56,720 nucleotides of DNA from assembly GCA_030647325.1 (NCBI GenBank), contig JAUSJN010000070.1, positions 1 through 56,720 of the forward strand, written 5' to 3'. The notes under the pieces were generated by a model, which worked only from the letters and a program-made list of their open reading frames with translations, did no database searches and was not told the origin of the DNA. The position numbers and the translations under genes were made by a program. The DNA comes from Nanobdellota archaeon (GTDB lineage: Archaea; Nanobdellota; Nanobdellia; Woesearchaeales; GW2011-AR9). The stretch's first letter is position 1. Each line of letters begins with the position of its first letter. This document shows, piece by piece, positions 24,255 to 31,802 of this stretch.

Positions 24255-24283
24255 TTCTATTCACCTCTTTTTAGAAAATAACC

Positions 24284-24400
24284 TTTTGATAAAACACAAA
24301 AAGTGAAGAATATCACTTTTGTGCACCAACAAAGTAGTTTCTTTGTTGCGTGGGTTTATCAAAACCATTCAAGTGGAACATTCGCTTTGCTCAGTTCCAC
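24284..24400 (+). repeat. hairpin-module locus G: stem TTTTGATAAA/TTTATCAAAA enclosing an alpha-beta pair (24295-24352), followed by hairpin GTGGAAC/GTTCCAC
   Basis: CAC[A]AAAAGTGA-agaata-TCACTTTTGTG and CAC-CAACAAAG-tagttt-CTTTGTTG[C]GTG read directly. Confidence 0.7.
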
Positions 24401-24410
24401 GACATTGATT

Positions 24411-25757
24411 TTACATCATGCCTTTAGGTAATCTACCTCCCATCTTTTTCATCATTTTATTAATATCACCTTCTCCTTTGAACATCTTCATCAATTTCTT
24501 GCTCTGCCTATACTGTTTCAATAATTCGCGGACTTCTCCTACTTTTAGTCCTGATCCAGCCGCAATCCGATCCATACTTTCCGCAGAAATGATCTCTGGA
24601 TCTTCTAGTTCTTCTTTAGTCATAGAATCCATGGCGTATTTCCATTTCTCTAATTTTCCTTCCTGCACTTCCAGCATCTCCTTAGGCATCTTCAATGAAC
24701 CCATGCCGGGGATCATCTCCATGATCTTTCCAAATGACCCCATCTTTTTGAGAGATGACATCTGCTGATATAAATCAACTAAATTAAATTCTCCCTTCAG
24801 AAATTTTTCCTGCATATCCGCGGCATTTTCTTCTGTCATCACCTCTCTTGCTTTTTCGAGTAATGATTCCAGGTCTCCCATGCCGATCAATCTGCCTACA
24901 AAGCGCTGAGGATGGAATAATTCCAGATCATCTTGCTTTTCTCCTACCCCGATAAAGACGATCGGCGCTTTCGTAACTGCACAGGCTGATAACGCTCCAC
25001 CGCCTTTCGCCGTACCTTCTAATTTTGTGACAATCACGCCAGTTACACCACAAGTATCATGGAACGCCTGCGCCTGCTTCTGTGCTGCCTGTCCTAAATC
25101 AGCAGAAATAACCAATAGCTTTTCCTCAGCTTGCACTGCCTGGTGCAGCCCATTTAATTCTTTGATCAATTCATCAGATAAGGCATCTCTTCCCGCAGTA
25201 TCGACAATGACCACATCATATTCTTTCAATTTTTTTTCAAAAGCTAAATATATGTTGACTGGATCTTTTTCCTTTTTGATTCCCAGGAAATCAACCCCTA
25301 CCTCTTTGGCCAATTGTTCCAGCTGATCATATGCGGCAGGTCTCCAGGTATCAGTCTGCATCACCGCAACCTTATATCCGCGCTTCTTGTAGAATTTGGC
25401 CAGCTTCCCTGCAGTAGTGGTTTTCCCGCTGCCGAACAGGCCTACCAGCATGATCTGGGTAGGCTTTTTAGTGATCTTGATCTCATGCGCTTCCTTGCCT
25501 AAGAAATTAGTCAATTCATCGTATACTACTTTGATCAGATGTTCGCGTTTGGTGATTCCCGCCGGAGTGGCTTCCGAAGCCCGTTCCTTGATCCTCTTGC
25601 TGAGATCGAACACTAGCTGCACGTTTGTATCGGATTGTAGGAGCGCTCTCTGAATGTCTTTTACCAGCTCGTTGATGAGTTTTTCATCTACAAAAAGCGA
25701 TTTACTGATCTTGCTTAAAGTGTTCTTTAACGAATCTCCGAGTTTCTCGAGAACCAT
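24411..25757 (-). CDS. srp54: signal recognition particle protein SRP54
   Basis: GLFGSGKTTT, DTAGR and TKLEG GTPase motifs. Met-rich M domain. TATA at 25777-25786 (minus strand). Confidence 0.95.
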   Translation of the reverse strand: MVLEKLGDSLKNTLSKISKSLFVDEKLINELVKDIQRALLQSDTNVQLVFDLSKRIKERASEATPAGITKREHLIKVVYDELTNFLGKEAHEIKITKKPTQIMLVGLFGSGKTTTAGKLAKFYKKRGYKVAVMQTDTWRPAAYDQLEQLAKEVGVDFLGIKKEKDPVNIYLAFEKKLKEYDVVIVDTAGRDALSDELIKELNGLHQAVQAEEKLLVISADLGQAAQKQAQAFHDTCGVTGVIVTKLEGTAKGGGALSACAVTKAPIVFIGVGEKQDDLELFHPQRFVGRLIGMGDLESLLEKAREVMTEENAADMQEKFLKGEFNLVDLYQQMSSLKKMGSFGKIMEMIPGMGSLKMPKEMLEVQEGKLEKWKYAMDSMTKEELEDPEIISAESMDRIAAGSGLKVGEVRELLKQYRQSKKLMKMFKGEGDINKMMKKMGGRLPKGMM

Positions 25758-25776
25758 CTATTTTAGAAAGAGGGAT

Positions 25777-25786
25777 TTTATTTAAA
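25777..25786 (-). promoter_or_regulatory. TATA box of srp54
   Basis: Minus strand TTTAAATAAA, about 25 nt upstream of ATG 25757. Confidence 0.5.
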
Positions 25787-25787
25787 T

Positions 25788-25852
25788 CTGACTATTCTTT
25801 CATGGAATAGTCAGGGTCCGAACGAACGACCGAGGGCGGTGGTGAGTGACTG
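25788..25852 (+). repeat. element H1: palindrome CTGACTATTC/GAATAGTCAG plus GGGTCCGAACGAAC...GTGAGTGA, abutting the srp54 TATA box
   Basis: Shares TTTAAATCTKACTATTC...GGAATAGTMAGGGTCMGAACGAAC...GTGAGTGA with 39641-39727. Confidence 0.7.
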
Positions 25853-25891
25853 TTATTGAAGGAGAATAAAGAAAAAATAATCATTTCCTCC

Positions 25892-26422
25892 TCACTCAAA
25901 ATGCTTCCCTCTTCTCATCCCTGATTTAGGCGGAGTATAGGAAAACCAATCTTCCTTGGTAATAGGGTGGAAGTGATCTGCTTCCTCAATCAAGGCCTTG
26001 GCAGTAGTTTCCTGGACTGCGGCAATTTCGATACGAACGCCCTCTGATTTTAAGTGTGTTACCAGATCAAGATAGTCTGAATCTCCGGACATGATGATGA
26101 TGGTATCGACTTTCGAAGAGAGCTGGGTCGCTTTAATTGAAAGTGGAATATCCGCAGACTTATGGCAAGGAACGACTGAACCATAATACATCTCGTGCAA
26201 TCTTTCCGCCAATTTGGAGGAGATATTCTGTCCTTCCCGGAAATAGATCAACCGGTTTAATCCCCGCCCATTGAGAAGCTTGGGGATGAGCGTATCAAAA
26301 TTGACCATGGTATTGGTTGATTTACTTAAATCATGGATACTGCGCTCGATGTTATTTCCATCGCATAAAATCGCGACAGACTGATTGATAAGAACTTCTT
26401 TATTCGTCATAACTGTTTTCAC
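25892..26422 (-). CDS. NYN/LabA-like (PIN-like) domain protein
   Basis: AILCDGNN and IIMSGDSDY motifs of NYN/DUF88 domains. Confidence 0.75.
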   Translation of the reverse strand: MKTVMTNKEVLINQSVAILCDGNNIERSIHDLSKSTNTMVNFDTLIPKLLNGRGLNRLIYFREGQNISSKLAERLHEMYYGSVVPCHKSADIPLSIKATQLSSKVDTIIIMSGDSDYLDLVTHLKSEGVRIEIAAVQETTAKALIEEADHFHPITKEDWFSYTPPKSGMRRGKHFE

Positions 26423-26442
26423 CTTCTTTTTGTTAATATAAA

Positions 26443-26546
26443 TGAGCCTGCAGGGATTCGAACCCCGATATCGATTTTGGACACCTTTATGTTGCCCAAA
26501 TTAACCGGTCCGAAGCCGATTGTGCTATCCGTTACACCACAGGCCC
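26443..26546 (-). tRNA. tRNA-Arg(UCG) with an insertion of about 31 nt after the anticodon arm (variable-loop region)
   Basis: Minus-strand read: GGGCCTG TG GTGT-AACGGATA-GCAC A ATCGG-CTTCGGA-CCGGT, then 36 nt (a normal variable loop is 5 nt), then CGGGG-TTCGAAT-CCCTG CAGGCTC A. Confidence 0.75.
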
Positions 26547-26620
26547 ATGAAAATCTAAATATTAAAGCTTTTTTAAAAACATTGTGGTCTAGAAACAAAT
26601 ATAAATTGTGAAGCTATTGT

Positions 26621-27025
26621 TTGTTCATGAAAAGCGGTTTAGGATTTTTGCATACCTATCTTTACGCAGTTTTAACCATAGCTCTTCTCGGATTGACTGA
26701 CGCAGCCTTACGCCTCCTCAAAATGACTCCTCTGCTGTATGTGAGAATAGTGCCTTTAGTATTATTCCTCTTTTTTTTCTTTAACATCTTCTCTATGGCC
26801 ATATTTCGCCGCCATGATCTGCAAAGAATAGTATTTGTGCTTCCTCTTTATCACATCATCAGCTACATCGTTTTCTTGTCCCTGGGATTGTACCTTATTA
26901 TCACCGGATACAATCCGATCTGGTTGAGTTTCGCTCTTATCGGTATCCAAGCCGCTTCTTCACTTTTTGAGCTTGGATTCAGCATGTATCTGCTCATCAA
27001 GTCAGACTTTTCTCCAGCTCTATAA
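26621..27025 (+). CDS. membrane protein (134 aa, 4 TM)
   Basis: Hydrophobic throughout. ATG at 26627 is the likely start. Confidence 0.5.
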   Translation: MFMKSGLGFLHTYLYAVLTIALLGLTDAALRLLKMTPLLYVRIVPLVLFLFFFFNIFSMAIFRRHDLQRIVFVLPLYHIISYIVFLSLGLYLIITGYNPIWLSFALIGIQAASSLFELGFSMYLLIKSDFSPAL

Positions 27026-27455
27026 ATTCTTTTAGAAGGGAATCATTATCCATGCGGATGGAATAATCAGTATTATCTAATCTCTTGCTCTCTACAAAAG
27101 CGATAAATTTTTTCTTCTTCTCTTCGCTCCAATTCTCAAACAAGGTAGCGGTCTTGCAAAGGTAGTCGGTATCGCAATGCCCGATGCGCAGATCTTTTCC
27201 GTGCCGGGCTGGATGCAATGGACAGAGGTAGCATCCCTGCTCTTCGACCAGATTCCTGCATACCCCGTTGCGCAGGTCACGGGAAGGTCTTCTATCTCTG
27301 AATTGGATAAATTGTTCTTCGGTCTTTGGATCAGCGTGCTTGAACTCCAGATTATTTTTGAAAACAGCCTGCTTAATCTTCTCCTTAGATTCAAAATCAT
27401 GCCCGCAGCAGCCCATGCAGCCGCCGTTTAATTGGCATAACGGTGAGAAGGGCAT
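26997..27455 (-). CDS. YkgJ/UPF0153-like cysteine-cluster protein
   Basis: CQLNGGCMGCCGH cluster plus a further CxxC. Start moved to the ATG that overlaps the argS stop (TAATG) rather than the track start inside argS. Confidence 0.6.
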   Translation of the reverse strand: MPFSPLCQLNGGCMGCCGHDFESKEKIKQAVFKNNLEFKHADPKTEEQFIQFRDRRPSRDLRNGVCRNLVEEQGCYLCPLHPARHGKDLRIGHCDTDYLCKTATLFENWSEEKKKKFIAFVESKRLDNTDYSIRMDNDSLLKEFIELEKSLT

Positions 27456-29146
27456 TACATCTCCTCTGGCGCCTGGATCCCCAGCATATTCAATCCATTC
27501 TCTAATACCTGCCGTACACAATCTACCAACAATAATCGTGCTTTGGTCAAATTCTTATCCTCTGACAATACCGGGCATTTATGATAGAATTCGTTGAAAG
27601 CTTGAGCTAAGGCAATCAAATAATGCGCCAGGTGATGAGGCTTGTAACTTAGTGCAGATTTTTCAAGTACTTCCGGATATCCATACAGCTTCTTCACTAC
27701 TGCGATCTCTTCGGTCTGATCAAATAATTCAAAATTAACATGCGGTGAGACTCCCTGATTATGCTCTTTCACTGCCTTCCGCAAAATGGAACAGCTCCTT
27801 GCATGCGTGTACTGCAGATAGGGGGCAGTCTCTCCTTCAAACGATAACATCCTATCCCAGTCAAATTCGATGTCCCTGATCCGATCGTTGCTTACGTCGG
27901 AAAAGATGATAGCGCCTACTCCTATCATCACTGCCACTTCTTTTTTGTTTTGCAAAGTAGGATTTTTCTCCTCAATGATCTGCTCTGCCAAGTCTATCGC
28001 TTTATTGAGCACATCTTCTAGAAAAATGACCTGTCCTTTTCTGGTTGACATCTTTCCTTCAGGGAATCTGAACAGGCCGAAGTCGACATGTACTAGCTTC
28101 TTCTTGTCTATGCCGGCCAGCTCCAATACGGTAAACAATTGCCGGAAATGCAGTTTTTGTTCCGAACCGACCACATAGACCATTTTCTCCGGCTTGTACT
28201 TTTTCAGACGATACAACGCTGCAGCCAGATCTCTGGTATGGTAGGTTGAGGCGCCGTCTGATTTCCTCAGCATGAACGGCGGCATGTTGTACTTTTCCAG
28301 ATCGACGATCAATGCGCCTTCCGAGACTACGGTCTTTACTTTCTGCTGCAGTTCCTTGATGCTTGGTTCAAGCAGATTGTTATAAAATCCTTCTCCGTGG
28401 AAAGAATCAAAATTGACATCTAAAATCTTGTAGATGCGATGGAATTCCTGCAGGCTTAATTCCTTGAACTTTTCCCAGAGGGCGATAGATTCTTTGTCGC
28501 CGTCTTCTAATCTTTTAAACTCTGCCCGTGCCTCATCATCCAGGCTTTTGTCTTTTTCCGCTTCTTGATGGAATCTGACATATAATCCTAAAAGATATTT
28601 GATCGGTTCTTGTTTTAATTCCTCTTCTGAACCCCATTTTCTGAAAGCGACGATAAGTTTTCCGAACTGAGTGCCCCAATCACCGAGATGGTTGACCCCG
28701 AACACTTCATATCCTAAAGCGCGGTGAAGCTTGTACAGGCAGCTTCCAATAACTGTGGAGCGTAGATGGCCGATGCCGAAAGGCTTGGCGATGTTAGGTG
28801 AAGAGAATTCTACTATGATCTTTTTTCCTTTTCCCAGATCCTGCTTGCCAAACTCTTTCTGTTCCTGATATATATGGGAAAGAGTCTCTTCTATCACCAC
28901 TTTATTTTTCAGAAAAAAATTCAGGTACGGTCCGGCAACTTCGACTTTAGAGACAAAATCCGGCAACTTTAGTTTTCCCTTCAGCCTCTCCGCTTCTTCT
29001 TTAGCATTTTTTCCCAGCTTGAAGCAGGGAAAGGCATAATCCCCTAATTTTGGATCCGGCGGAACTACCATGAGATTGGCCAGCTCTTCCTCTGATAATC
29101 TTGTCTCTTTCTGCAATAAGGCGATCAATTCCTGTTTGAAATCCAT
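27455..29146 (-). CDS. argS: arginine--tRNA ligase
   Basis: Class I motifs SSPNIAKPFGIGHLRS (HIGH-like) and KMSTRKG (KMSKS-like). C-terminal DALR anticodon-binding domain. Confidence 0.95.
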   Translation of the reverse strand: MDFKQELIALLQKETRLSEEELANLMVVPPDPKLGDYAFPCFKLGKNAKEEAERLKGKLKLPDFVSKVEVAGPYLNFFLKNKVVIEETLSHIYQEQKEFGKQDLGKGKKIIVEFSSPNIAKPFGIGHLRSTVIGSCLYKLHRALGYEVFGVNHLGDWGTQFGKLIVAFRKWGSEEELKQEPIKYLLGLYVRFHQEAEKDKSLDDEARAEFKRLEDGDKESIALWEKFKELSLQEFHRIYKILDVNFDSFHGEGFYNNLLEPSIKELQQKVKTVVSEGALIVDLEKYNMPPFMLRKSDGASTYHTRDLAAALYRLKKYKPEKMVYVVGSEQKLHFRQLFTVLELAGIDKKKLVHVDFGLFRFPEGKMSTRKGQVIFLEDVLNKAIDLAEQIIEEKNPTLQNKKEVAVMIGVGAIIFSDVSNDRIRDIEFDWDRMLSFEGETAPYLQYTHARSCSILRKAVKEHNQGVSPHVNFELFDQTEEIAVVKKLYGYPEVLEKSALSYKPHHLAHYLIALAQAFNEFYHKCPVLSEDKNLTKARLLLVDCVRQVLENGLNMLGIQAPEEM

Positions 29147-29194
29147 AGTAATCAGAAACCAACTTGTTTTATATATTTTGCTGGGGATATGATC

Positions 29195-29848
29195 TCAATC
29201 AAAAGTGACAGAATTTCTCTTTTGGTCCAAAACTGCGACCTTCGTCTCTGCACCGCAGAAGGTCTGCAGTAATCCCACCGTTTCATCCACGATCTCTTTT
29301 TGTTTTGCAGGATTGACCGGAGGAAGGAATTCAAAATGGATCAAGGCGCACCAAGAATCCTTGTTTAACATAGTTTTTGCATTCTTCCAGTAATCCAGCT
29401 TTCTTCCTAATACTTTCTTGGCATCGCGATATTGCAGATCTTCTTTCTTAACTTCGAAGGTGATATCTCCCTTTATTTTTGTTGGATCGTCTGCGCCGAT
29501 GGGAACGATATGTTTCAAAGCGAGGTAGCGTAGAAGAGCGGTAACGGTATCTTTAGTCTCTAATTTTTGCTTGCGTAGCGCTTTTTGCAGCAATAATTCT
29601 ACCGAGGTATGGTAATGCTTTGCTTTCTTGCCGAATTCTTGTTTCGCCACATTCCATGGCGAGATCAAAAGATGGCTCTTGGCGGTATCTTTGTTGAAAC
29701 TGAGCTGGACTACTTTCTGTACCTCTGCCAGGAGATGATTTGCTTTCTTGGCTTGGCTCTTATTGTCGACACCGATAGCATAGATAAAATGAACTTTTAA
29801 TTTAGGATGGACTTTTTTGAACACTTCCTGCTTTAGGGTGATCTTCAT
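29195..29848 (-). CDS. B3/B4 tRNA-binding domain protein (PheT-related)
   Basis: LRYLALKHIVPIGADD and overall size resemble stand-alone B3_4 domain proteins. Downstream of argS. Confidence 0.55.
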   Translation of the reverse strand: MKITLKQEVFKKVHPKLKVHFIYAIGVDNKSQAKKANHLLAEVQKVVQLSFNKDTAKSHLLISPWNVAKQEFGKKAKHYHTSVELLLQKALRKQKLETKDTVTALLRYLALKHIVPIGADDPTKIKGDITFEVKKEDLQYRDAKKVLGRKLDYWKNAKTMLNKDSWCALIHFEFLPPVNPAKQKEIVDETVGLLQTFCGAETKVAVLDQKRNSVTFD

Positions 29849-30225
29849 TTTTTAGATCTCTTAGCTGTTTCCTCTTCATCATGCCCTAAAAATCCAAATA
29901 TTCTTCTGAAGATACCTTTCTTCTCATGAGCATGCTTGACCCCGAAGTGCTTGGTAAGAAGGTCCAGATCATTGCGGATGTCCTGCAAAAGCCTTATTTT
30001 TTTTCGTTCTCGTTGAATCTGCAATAGAGTGAGGATAACGTAGATACCAAATATCCCCCCCACTAGAATGCTTATTTTTTGCAATATCGGCCCGAGAGCA
30101 TCAGTAAGCAAATTATCTGGTAAATTAACTTCCGCTAAATCTATCGGAAGAGATTCTGCGGCCAGGACGCCATATAGGCTGACCAAAAATAACAATCCGA
30201 TAATCCAATTAATGCTCTTTTTCAT
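29845..30225 (-). CDS. membrane protein (126 aa, signal/TM plus one TM)
   Basis: 4-nt overlap with the downstream gene. Two hydrophobic segments. Confidence 0.55.
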   Translation of the reverse strand: MKKSINWIIGLLFLVSLYGVLAAESLPIDLAEVNLPDNLLTDALGPILQKISILVGGIFGIYVILTLLQIQRERKKIRLLQDIRNDLDLLTKHFGVKHAHEKKGIFRRIFGFLGHDEEETAKRSKK

Positions 30226-30426
30226 CTGACCTCTTTCTGAGAACTAATGTTTTTGGATATTTATAGCTTGTGGTTGAGATTAACCATAAATAATGGAAGA
30301 CATATAAATATTGCATAATCTCTGTCTTCCAAACTTTAGTTGAGGAGAAGTACATCCAAAACGATTGTCCTCAACTAAAAAGTCAAAAATTTTATAAAGA
30401 GACTAGGGGCTTTAAGCATAACTTAT

Positions 30427-30529
30427 AGCCCCGTCGTCTAGCGGACTAGGATAGAGCCTGAGTTGTTAAGTTACACTCAGCTAGAACCCTTTGGAGGCTT
30501 TGACAGCGGTTCGAATCCGCTCGGGGCTA
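30427..30529 (+). tRNA. tRNA-Gln(UUG) with a 30-nt intron at a non-canonical position (31/32 or 32/33)
   Basis: A1-U72 acceptor AGCCCCG/CGGGGCT (typical of archaeal tRNA-Gln). D arm GTCT-AGCGGACTA-GGAT. Anticodon stem GAGCC/GGCTT separated by 37 nt, of which only the 3' part gives a legal loop, C/T-T-TTG-G-A. T arm AGCGG-TTCGAAT-CCGCT. Confidence 0.75.
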
Positions 30530-30546
30530 ATTTTTTCATCTAAACC

Positions 30547-30556
30547 TTTTTAAATA
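30547..30556 (+). promoter_or_regulatory. TATA-like box far upstream of rps15, implying a leader of about 85 nt
   Basis: TTTTAAATAA, 110 nt upstream of ATG 30666. There is no closer TATA-like box. Confidence 0.4.
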
Positions 30557-30665
30557 AGCATCATTTTAACATTCCATTCGAGAGATAGGTCGGTCAAGGC
30601 TTACCTATACTGGAGATGAAGTAATTACTACTCATTCTCGAATTAAACATACGAGGTAATACAAT

Positions 30666-31118
30666 ATGGCAAAAATGCACTCAAGAGCACGAGGAAAAAG
30701 CGGAAGCACCAAACCGCTTAAGAAAGTTCCAGGCTGGGCTCCTTACAAAGGACCAGATGTAGAGAAACTTATCGTCAAGTACGCAAAAGCAGGGAAGAAT
30801 ACATCTGAAATAGGCCTGCTATTGAGGGACGCACACGGTGTAGGAAGCGTCAAAGCATCAACCGGAAAAAAAGTTTCAGGAATCCTCCAAGAAAAAGGAT
30901 TGACCAAAGAGATGCCGGAAGATTTACGAAATCTCATCAAGAAAATGGTCTATATCCAGCGGCACATGGGAAAGAACAAGCAGGACCAGACCGCTAAGCG
31001 CGGATTGCTGTTGACTAATTCCAAGATCAGGCGCTTGGTCAAGTACTACCAGCGCATAGAAAGACTTCCATCAGATTGGAAGTTGGACATGGACAGATTG
31101 AAGATTTATCTAGAATAA
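30666..31118 (+). CDS. rps15: 30S ribosomal protein S15 (uS15, S13e type)
   Basis: MAKMHSRARGKSGS... and C-terminal RRLVKYY..LP.DW match the family. GAGGT Shine-Dalgarno-like sequence 8 nt upstream. Confidence 0.95.
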   Translation: MAKMHSRARGKSGSTKPLKKVPGWAPYKGPDVEKLIVKYAKAGKNTSEIGLLLRDAHGVGSVKASTGKKVSGILQEKGLTKEMPEDLRNLIKKMVYIQRHMGKNKQDQTAKRGLLLTNSKIRRLVKYYQRIERLPSDWKLDMDRLKIYLE

Positions 31119-31246
31119 AATTTTATTTTTTCTTAATTTATTTTTTGATTCTATATCCTTAATCATTTTATTATTATCTTAAATTAAAAAATTGTCGATA
31201 AGAATTGATTACAGAAGAAAAGACCAAATAAAATAAAAAAAAATAC

Positions 31247-31627
31247 TTACAACATCGTCCGTATACTTTCAATATTAGAAGCGATCTCATAACCACGCTT
31301 GGTCAATTCCAATAATTTTAATCTTCCTTCTTTCTTGAATCTTATCAAATCTGATTTCTGCATCTCCTGCAAAATCTTGACTACATGCGAATAGGTGCAG
31401 TCAATCTGTTTCGCCAGCACAGAAGCATAGACATTTTCATTGGCGTTCTTTAACTCTACCAGCATCATTGCTGGCTTCTCTCGAAAAAATACGTCGAAGA
31501 TAGGCTTGTTGTTTGTTTTGTTCAAATTGGACACCCCCAAATTATCTCTTACACACAGAGAAAAAATACTTCTCTGCATGTTAGAAAATGTGTATTCACA
31601 CTTTCTATAATCCACCAGCCTCTTCAA
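31247..31627 (-). CDS. winged-helix (ArsR/MarR-like) transcriptional regulator
   Basis: C-terminal 80 aa: YASVLAKQIDCTYSHVVKILQEMQKSDLIRFKKEGRLK, an HTH plus wing pattern. Confidence 0.65.
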   Translation of the reverse strand: MKRLVDYRKCEYTFSNMQRSIFSLCVRDNLGVSNLNKTNNKPIFDVFFREKPAMMLVELKNANENVYASVLAKQIDCTYSHVVKILQEMQKSDLIRFKKEGRLKLLELTKRGYEIASNIESIRTML

Positions 31628-31802
31628 AAACTAGAGGCTTCAATCTTATATTTAAACATTTATCTATTGTAAAAGGCATATTGGAGTATAGTTATATAAA
31701 CCTTTTGTAACCTATGCTGGTAGTAAATAAAAATCCCCATAAACAAAACTTATAGTCTAAAAAACAGAATAATTTTTAATCTTTGGCTTTTGCCATCCAG
31801 AG

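Noticed and set aside
27456-27521. First 22 codons of track ORF 26997-27521
   Set aside because: They lie inside the argS coding region. The ATG overlapping the argS stop is the more plausible start.
31119-31246. Very AT-rich 128-nt convergent spacer, considered as a possible replication-origin unwinding element
   Set aside because: It lies between two gene 3' ends, has no flanking inverted repeats and no adjacent initiator gene. It is more likely a pair of oligo-T/A terminator regions.
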